A stretch of DNA of 64,000 nt from Candidatus Latescibacterota bacterium (GTDB lineage Bacteria > Latescibacterota > UBA2968 > UBA8231). A program made the translations under genes and the position numbers. Shown piece by piece: positions 57,773 to 64,000 of this stretch. The DNA lies in NCBI GenBank assembly GCA_965261395.1, contig OZ253462.1, positions 2,944,001 through 3,008,000 of the forward strand. The letters run 5' to 3'. The notes below the pieces were generated by a model that worked only from the letters and a program-made list of their open reading frames with translations, did not search any database and had not been told where the DNA came from. Each line of letters opens with the position of its first letter. The first letter of the stretch is position 1.

Positions 57773-59421
57773 TTCAGTTTCAAAATAGACCACTACCGCT
57801 GTTTGAGGGGCAGGTGCGGTTGGAGTCTGGCGAACCGGTCGCGGATGCGCAGGTGCGGCTGTTTGATTTGACCGATCTGCGCCGATTCGTCGGCACGACC
57901 ACGGACGAGACCGGGCATTTTGTGCTGCCACTGCAAGCCTTTTCTACGGACAGGGGCACGGCTCTGCCGACCGATTTTGCGCTAGGGGAGAATTACCCCA
58001 ATCCGTTTAATCCTTCCACTATGAAAGCAGATGGTTCGGTCTATGGGTTGACCGTTTCGGGCGAGGGGTTGGTCGCGTATGTGAACCCGGCTTTTCGGGT
58101 CGGGGTTGGTGAGGTGGACATTGTGGTTGAAGAGCACGGCGGCATCCCGCGGATGAAGCGCGCTGCAGGTGGGATTTTGGGGGATGTGGACGGCAATGGC
58201 CAAGTCGATGTCTTCGATGTGCTGTATGTGCTGCTGTATAGCGTGGATCCGTCCATTGTGCTCCCCAACAACGGCGATATTTCCCGTGGCGATGTGAACG
58301 GTGATGGCATGGTCGAGGTAGCTGACGCGGTGCTCCTTCTCCGCTACCTCAGCAATCCGTCCGATCCCGCATTGCCTCTAGGCATCGGCCAGGATTCCGA
58401 CGACACCCTTGCTGGGGCGACTGAGGTGTCTTTAGGGAGCATGGATGGTGATTATCGGACGTGGCATCTACCTGACGGCGCGATGGCTCGCCTAGGAAAA
58501 GGAACCATTCGCGACATAGCCTTCTCACCGGTGGGTCCATACCTCGCGGTGGCCAGTAGCATCGGCGTGTGGATATACGAAGTGGCGACGTCTCGTGCCC
58601 TGATGCTGCTACCGACTGCAAGTGGGGTCTATTCGGTATCGTTTTCGCCGGATGGGGCGACCCTTGCTTCCGGGTCATTAGATGGCACGGTTCGGCTGTG
58701 GGCTGTGGCGACCGGCGAGCCTATCGCCCCCCTTGAAGGGCCTACGGGTGGGGTCTATTCGGTATCGTTTTCGCCGGATGGGGCGACCCTTGCTTCCGGG
58801 TCATGGGATGGCACGGTTCGGCTGTGGGCTGTGGCGACCGGCGAGCCTATCGCCCCCCTTGAAGGGCCTACGGGTGGGGTCTATTCGGTATCGTTTTCGC
58901 CGGATGGGGCGACCCTTGCTTCCGGGTCATGGGATGGCACGGTTCGGCTGTGGGCTGTGGCGACCGGCGAGCCTATCGCCCCCCTTGAAGGGCCTACGGG
59001 TGGGGTCTATTCGGTATCGTTTTCGCCGGATGGGGCGACCCTTGCTTCCGGGTCATGGGATGGCACGATTCTGTTGTGGGACGTGGCCGAATGGACGAAC
59101 TCGGGGACTGCCGTCGCGGCGAATAAGTTGATCGGTCTGCCGGATGAACTTCAGTTGCAGCAAAACGCGCCCAACCCGTTCAATAGCCAGACGATCCTCT
59201 CCTACTTCCTGCCGAAATCGGGTCCGGTGCGCCTAGAACTGTTTTCGGTGACCGGGCAGCGGGTGGCGGTCCTGCGCCAAGGGCCGCAGCAGGCGGGCTA
59301 CCACCGGCTCGCCTGGGAAGCCCAAGACGACGCAGGTCGCCCCTTGGCCAGCGGCATCTACTTTTACCGGCTGAAGACAACTAACGGCATCTTGACGCGT
59401 AAATTCACCCTGCTACGCTGA
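57769..59421 (+). CDS. dockerin + WD40-repeat + FlgD-Ig/Secretion C-terminal domain protein (possibly 5'-truncated)
   Basis: GDVDGNGQVD...GDVNGDG dockerin, SVSFSPDGATLASGSWDGTVRLW repeats, QNAPNPFNS...SGIYFYRL. Confidence 0.8.
   Translation: MIQFQNRPLPLFEGQVRLESGEPVADAQVRLFDLTDLRRFVGTTTDETGHFVLPLQAFSTDRGTALPTDFALGENYPNPFNPSTMKADGSVYGLTVSGEGLVAYVNPAFRVGVGEVDIVVEEHGGIPRMKRAAGGILGDVDGNGQVDVFDVLYVLLYSVDPSIVLPNNGDISRGDVNGDGMVEVADAVLLLRYLSNPSDPALPLGIGQDSDDTLAGATEVSLGSMDGDYRTWHLPDGAMARLGKGTIRDIAFSPVGPYLAVASSIGVWIYEVATSRALMLLPTASGVYSVSFSPDGATLASGSLDGTVRLWAVATGEPIAPLEGPTGGVYSVSFSPDGATLASGSWDGTVRLWAVATGEPIAPLEGPTGGVYSVSFSPDGATLASGSWDGTVRLWAVATGEPIAPLEGPTGGVYSVSFSPDGATLASGSWDGTILLWDVAEWTNSGTAVAANKLIGLPDELQLQQNAPNPFNSQTILSYFLPKSGPVRLELFSVTGQRVAVLRQGPQQAGYHRLAWEAQDDAGRPLASGIYFYRLKTTNGILTRKFTLLR
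58622..59067. repeat. 126-bp near-perfect tandem repeat (~3.5 copies) encoding WD40 blades
   Basis: Units start at 58622, 58748, 58874, 59000. Confidence 0.92.
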
Positions 59422-60148
59422 GCGTACCGTGCGCCAAGCGCCAGCCCCGCATCCGCCAATCCACGCCAGCCCCGCACAAAGCCGCCACGTATCCGTCCGC
59501 CGGTTCCAAAGCCATCAACTTCCACCGCTCCACCTCCTCCCTCCCCTCGTCCGAGCGCAAAAGCGCCGCCTCCGCTCCCAGCGACACCGCAAAGGTGCCG
59601 AGGCCAGCGGCTATACCGTCGCCTCGCGCCTTGACATAGGCTTCCTTGCGCGTCCAGATATTGTAAAAAGCCGCCCGCCGCGCCTCGTCCGGCACCTGCG
59701 CCAGCGCCTCCTGCTCCTCCAGCGAAAAGAAGCGCGCGGCAATTTGCTCGTGCGCGACTTGGGGCCGCGGCCATTCGACATCAATGCCGACCTCGCGGTT
59801 ACGCGCTATCGCGTACAGAGCCAGTTCGTGGGTATGAGACACGTTGAAATGCAGCCCGCCCTTTTGCAGAAAGGGCTTGCCGTGCGCGCCGCGCGCAAAA
59901 GCTACCGCGCCGGGATCTTGGTCGAGGTATAGCCCCAAGAGCTGGCGCAGCATCCCCCGCGCCACCACAAAGCGTCGCTGATGGGTGCCGGAGAGCAAAC
60001 CGCTCGCTCGCTCACTCTCTTCCGCGCTAAGACAAGCCGCGAGCACGGCTACCTCACCGGCCGCGTCCAACTCGACGCACCAGACGTGGATTTCATCGTC
60101 GCTGAGCAGAGGCCAGCTCGACGGGGTTGCCCAAGCAATAGTCATCAA
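59405..60148 (-). CDS. Sfp-type 4'-phosphopantetheinyl transferase
   Basis: GKP, FNVSHT, VGIDVE, WTRKEAYVKARG. Confidence 0.92.
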   Translation of the reverse strand: MMTIAWATPSSWPLLSDDEIHVWCVELDAAGEVAVLAACLSAEESERASGLLSGTHQRRFVVARGMLRQLLGLYLDQDPGAVAFARGAHGKPFLQKGGLHFNVSHTHELALYAIARNREVGIDVEWPRPQVAHEQIAARFFSLEEQEALAQVPDEARRAAFYNIWTRKEAYVKARGDGIAAGLGTFAVSLGAEAALLRSDEGREEVERWKLMALEPADGYVAALCGAGVDWRMRGWRLAHGTLSVAG

Positions 60149-60238
60149 AGGTTCACTTGACGCCGTGGTTTATCGCATTCAGATTAGGAATTGCGAATTT
60201 TCTGAAAACACTTAATCCATATATAAAAAGGAGTGCCC

Positions 60239-62548
60239 ATGGCTGCCTTTTCCAGCAAAGATTATCCCAACTACACGTCCGACGGCAAGTACAAAGTCAT
60301 CGGCACCCGCCCCATTCGCCACGACGGCGTCGATAAGGTCACCGGTGCCGCCGTGTACGGGGCCGATGTGCGCCTGCCGGGCCTGCTCTACGGCAAGGTC
60401 CTGCGCAGCCCGCATCCCCACGCCGAGATTATCTCAATCGACACCTCCAAGGCCCTCGCGCTCGACGGAGTGCGCGCCGTGGCCACGGCCGACGATTTGG
60501 TCGAGACCGTAGATAAGCTGTCGCACATTGGCGAGACGATGGTCAATGTGCGCGAGATCGCCAAAAACTCGCTGGCCTCGGACAAGGTGCTCTATACAGG
60601 CCACGCGGTCGCGGCCGTCTGCGCGGTCAGCCCCCACATCGCCGAAGAGGCCCTCGACCTAATCGAGGTCGAGTACAAGGTCTTGGAGCCGGTCGTCGAT
60701 GTCCGCGAGGCCATGCGCGACGACGCCCCGCTTCTCGACGAAGAGCGCACCACGCGCGCCCTCGGCGAGGACACGGGCAAGAAGAGCAATATCGCCTCCC
60801 ACAATCAGCACGCCATGGGCGACCTCACAGCGGGCTTTGCCGAGGCCGACGTGATCGTCGAGCGCGAATTTCACACGGCGACCATTCACCAGGGCTACAT
60901 TGAGCCGCACAACACGACCGTGTGGTGGAAGAAGGACGGCAGCGTCACCGTGTGGGTGAGCACGCAAGGGCCTTTTGAGATCCGCTCGCAGGTCTCGGAA
61001 GTCCTCAACATTCCGGTCTCCAAGGTCAAGGTTATCCCCTGCGAAATCGGCGGCGGCTTCGGCGGCAAGTTCCCCATCTATATGGAGCCCGCCGCAGCCA
61101 TTATGTCGCACAAAACCGGCCAGCCGGTCAAAATGATTATGAGCCGCACTGAGGTCTTTCAGGGGACTGGCCCGGCTCCTGGCTCCTATATAAAGGTTAA
61201 GATGGGGGCCAAAAACGACGGCACCATCACGGCGGCCCACTGCTACATGGCCTACGAGGCCGGGGCCTATCCCGGCTCGGCCGTGGGGGCGGGAGCGCAG
61301 TGCATTCTCGCGCCTTATAACATCGCCAACGTCACCATCGACGCGTACGACGTGGTCGTCAACAAGCCCAAGTCTTCGGCCTACCGCGCTCCTGGGGCAC
61401 CCAACGCGGCCTTTGCCTCGGAGAGCGTCATCGACGAGCTAGCCGAAAAGATCGGCATCGATCCGCTGGAGATGCGGTTACAGAACGCTGCCAAAGAAGG
61501 GACGCGCCGCGCCGACGGCACGGTGTACAGGCAGATTGGCTGCGAGCAAACCGCGCAAGCTGCCAAGGACTCGGAGCACTACCAGAGCAAGCTCGAAGGC
61601 CCTTGGCGTGGCCGCGGCGTGGCCGGTGGTTTTTGGTTCAACGGCGGCGGCATGTCTTCGGCCGCCATTGCCGTCAACGACAACGGCACGATCAATCTCA
61701 CTGAAGGCTCAGTTGACATCGGCGGCAGCCGCGCCGCGATGGCGATGATCGTCGCCGAGACCTTGGGGCTGCGGGCCGAGGACATCAATCCCTCCATCCC
61801 GGACACCAGCTCGATTGGCTTCACCGGCGGCACCGGCGGCAGCCGCGTGTGCTATGCCACCGGCCATGCCTGCTACAACGCGGCCGAGGACGTCAAGGCC
61901 GAGATGTGTGGGCGCGCTGCGCGGCAGCTAGAGGTCGCCGAGGACGACATCGAGTTCGAGGACGGCAGCTTTGTCTGCAAATCCGATCCCGCGCAGCGGC
62001 TCACCTTTGCGGAGGTCACCGCCAACCAGGGCAGCACCGGTGGCCCGATCACCGGCAAGGGCACGATCAACGCCGGTGGCGCGGGCAACGCCTTCGCCGT
62101 GCACGTCGTCGATGTGGAGATCGATCCAGACACCGGCAAGGTCGAGATTTTGCGCTACACCGCGGTGCAAGACGTGGGCAAGGCCATTCATCCCTCGTAT
62201 GTCGAGGGCCAGATCCAGGGTGGGGCCGTGCAGGGCATTGGCTGGGCGCTCACGGAGGGCTACTTCTACACGGCCGATGGCCAGATGGCCAACCCGACCT
62301 TCCTCGACTATCGGATGCCGACCACCTTTGACATTCCCTTGATCGAGACGATTTTGGTCGAAGTGCCCAATCCGGCCAGCCCGCACGGGATCCGCGGCGT
62401 CGGCGAAGTGCCCTTGGTGCCGCCGATGGCCGCTATTGCCAACGCCATCTACGACGCCATGGGTAGTCGCTTAGGCGAGTTGCCCATGAGTCCGGATCGG
62501 GTCGTCGCCGCCTTGCAGGAGCATCAGCTCGGGGAGGCGGCTGGCTGA
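60239..62548 (+). CDS. xanthine dehydrogenase family molybdopterin-binding subunit
   Basis: DKVTGAAVY, IGGGFGGK, YRAPG, GQIQGGAVQGIG, GVGE. Confidence 0.92.
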   Translation: MAAFSSKDYPNYTSDGKYKVIGTRPIRHDGVDKVTGAAVYGADVRLPGLLYGKVLRSPHPHAEIISIDTSKALALDGVRAVATADDLVETVDKLSHIGETMVNVREIAKNSLASDKVLYTGHAVAAVCAVSPHIAEEALDLIEVEYKVLEPVVDVREAMRDDAPLLDEERTTRALGEDTGKKSNIASHNQHAMGDLTAGFAEADVIVEREFHTATIHQGYIEPHNTTVWWKKDGSVTVWVSTQGPFEIRSQVSEVLNIPVSKVKVIPCEIGGGFGGKFPIYMEPAAAIMSHKTGQPVKMIMSRTEVFQGTGPAPGSYIKVKMGAKNDGTITAAHCYMAYEAGAYPGSAVGAGAQCILAPYNIANVTIDAYDVVVNKPKSSAYRAPGAPNAAFASESVIDELAEKIGIDPLEMRLQNAAKEGTRRADGTVYRQIGCEQTAQAAKDSEHYQSKLEGPWRGRGVAGGFWFNGGGMSSAAIAVNDNGTINLTEGSVDIGGSRAAMAMIVAETLGLRAEDINPSIPDTSSIGFTGGTGGSRVCYATGHACYNAAEDVKAEMCGRAARQLEVAEDDIEFEDGSFVCKSDPAQRLTFAEVTANQGSTGGPITGKGTINAGGAGNAFAVHVVDVEIDPDTGKVEILRYTAVQDVGKAIHPSYVEGQIQGGAVQGIGWALTEGYFYTADGQMANPTFLDYRMPTTFDIPLIETILVEVPNPASPHGIRGVGEVPLVPPMAAIANAIYDAMGSRLGELPMSPDRVVAALQEHQLGEAAG

Positions 62549-62579
62549 GGAACAGCGCTCTTAGCATTAGTGCCCGGTT

Positions 62580-62607
62580 GTAGGGGCGAGCGGCCGCTCG
62601 CCCCTAC
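62580..62607. repeat. GTAG-type REP-like palindrome (compensated variant)
   Basis: GTAGGGGCGAGCGGCCGCTCGCCCCTAC. Confidence 0.85.
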
Positions 62608-62625
62608 AGGTCCGGGTTTTGTATT

Positions 62626-63474
62626 ATGGCCGAAAATATCGCCCCCGACGACTTTATCGACGCGCTACTCCCGGTCGTCGGTCAGTGTGCCCGCGCCTCG
62701 CTGATTTTCTACGGCCAAGTTGCCGACATTGGCAAGGCCGCGGACAAGAGCCTCACCGGTAGCAAGGCGCAGGACGCCTGCACGGCCTTCACGGTACTCG
62801 ACGCGGCCGTGCAGGACATCCTCCTCGCGGCCGTGCTGCAGCACTTTCCGTTTGTGCGCTGCATCGCCGAAGAGCGCACGCCGCTCAAAAAGCGGTTTGC
62901 CGGCAATGCCTCGCCCTACGCGGTCATCCTCGATCCCATTGACGGCACCTTGCACTTCAAGCGGGGCGACGCTCCCTATCACATCTCCATAGGCTTGGCC
63001 TGCGACGGCCAGATGCGGGCCGCGATTGTCGCGCGGCCCGCAGAGGATAAAATATTCACGGCCATCAAGGGCGAGGGTGCTTTCGTGCGCGTCGGCAATG
63101 GCCGCCCTCGTCGCTTGCAGCTACCTAGCACGCCGCGCACGAACAAAGTCTTCATTTCCTCCAAGGCCCGCCCCTATCAGGCCCTCGCCCGCCCCGCGTT
63201 GGATCCGCGCGAGAGCCCCATTGGTGCGGCATTGGTCCTGACGGAGATCGCCGAGGGCGCACTGTGCGCCTATCTGACGCGCCAAGTAGAAATCTATGAC
63301 GTTGGCCCGCCGTCGCTGATTGCCGAAGAAGCCGGAGCGCGCTGCTACATTGGGGAACATCGTCGCCCGACTTATACTCAGCGCCGCAAATTCGGGCACT
63401 TCTTGGCGGCGGCCAACGACGAAATCGCCGAACACCTCTTTGCCATCCTGCGCCGCGCGCGCCGAGGCCAATGA
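62626..63474 (+). CDS. inositol monophosphatase family protein
   Basis: IAEE, LDPIDGT, YD...LIAEEAG. Confidence 0.85.
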   Translation: MAENIAPDDFIDALLPVVGQCARASLIFYGQVADIGKAADKSLTGSKAQDACTAFTVLDAAVQDILLAAVLQHFPFVRCIAEERTPLKKRFAGNASPYAVILDPIDGTLHFKRGDAPYHISIGLACDGQMRAAIVARPAEDKIFTAIKGEGAFVRVGNGRPRRLQLPSTPRTNKVFISSKARPYQALARPALDPRESPIGAALVLTEIAEGALCAYLTRQVEIYDVGPPSLIAEEAGARCYIGEHRRPTYTQRRKFGHFLAAANDEIAEHLFAILRRARRGQ

Positions 63475-64000
63475 CTATGAGCCACGAAATCAAAGACGTC
63501 CTGCCGGTCGTTCACATGCCGTACACCGACGACCAAGCCATTGATTACGCCGTATTGGCAGACGAAGTCGATTACCTTTTCGAGACGGGGGCGCATGGGC
63601 TGTGCCTCGCCTTGGTATCCGACCTGTTGCGCCTGACGGCTGCCGAGCGGCTGGCGCTGCCGGCCCGGCTAGTGGAGTTTGCCCGCGGGCGCGGCCCAGT
63701 CATCATCGGCGTTGGGGCCGAAGGCACGGCCCAGGCCCGGCTCTACGCCCGCGCCGCTGAAGACGGTGGTGCGGCGGCCGTCATGGCCATTCCGCCGATT
63801 TCCCGCTCCTTGGGCGAGAGCGAGCTGCGCGCTTATTTTACCGCCCTGCTCGCCGAGGTCTCCATCCCGGTCATGATCCAAGACGCCAGCTCGTATGTCG
63901 GCAACCCCATGAGCATTGAATTTCAAGCGTCGCTTTTCCGCGACTGCGGCGAGCGCATCCTCTTCAAACCCGAGGCTACTCCTTTGGGGCCTTGCATCTC
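63471..64000 (+). CDS. dihydrodipicolinate synthase (DapA) family protein, 3'-partial
   Basis: Read directly: VLPVVHMPY...GAHGL...VIIGVGAE...AVMAIPP...IPVMIQDA...FKPE. Confidence 0.8.
   Translation, partial: MTMSHEIKDVLPVVHMPYTDDQAIDYAVLADEVDYLFETGAHGLCLALVSDLLRLTAAERLALPARLVEFARGRGPVIIGVGAEGTAQARLYARAAEDGGAAAVMAIPPISRSLGESELRAYFTALLAEVSIPVMIQDASSYVGNPMSIEFQASLFRDCGERILFKPEATPLGPCI

Noticed and set aside
59405-60148. Sfp-type PPTase as a sign of an NRPS/PKS cluster
   Set aside because: No carrier-protein or synthase genes in the window

Overview
High-GC bacterial window. The gene content (many sulfatases, PhyH dioxygenases, aldo-keto reductases, and secreted proteins with FlgD-Ig/Secretion-C-terminal, dockerin, WD40 or collagen domains) suggests a Latescibacterota/Poribacteria-like marine or sponge-associated organism; this host call is inference. 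The centrepiece is a complete minus-strand type I-E CRISPR-Cas locus (cas3-cas8e-cas11-cas7-cas5-cas6e-cas1-cas2, 25530-34633) with a 68-repeat/67-spacer array (21317-25424). The most unusual feature is that the cas operon itself carries eight degenerate CRISPR repeats arranged as four repeat-spacer-repeat units: cas3/cas8e, cas7/cas5, in frame inside cas6e, and cas6e/cas1. Their hairpin stems are largely preserved. Three of the spacers match nearby cas-operon sequence (the cas8e promoter next to an ATG PAM, the cas1 start, and more weakly the cas7 3' end), and two repeats supply the stop codons of cas3 and cas6e. Together this suggests a multilayer RNA-guided and Cas6e-cleavage autoregulatory circuit. 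Other observations: families of related and hairpin-forming spacers in the main array, a UGA-readthrough (UxxC) selenoprotein, a toxin-antitoxin accretion hotspot marked by triplicated gene ends, a Schlafen/AlbA gene flanked by direct repeats, two MITEs with target-site duplications, GTAG REP palindromes, and collagen-like and WD40 repeat proteins. All calls come from reading the sequence and the supplied translations; no database searches were run.
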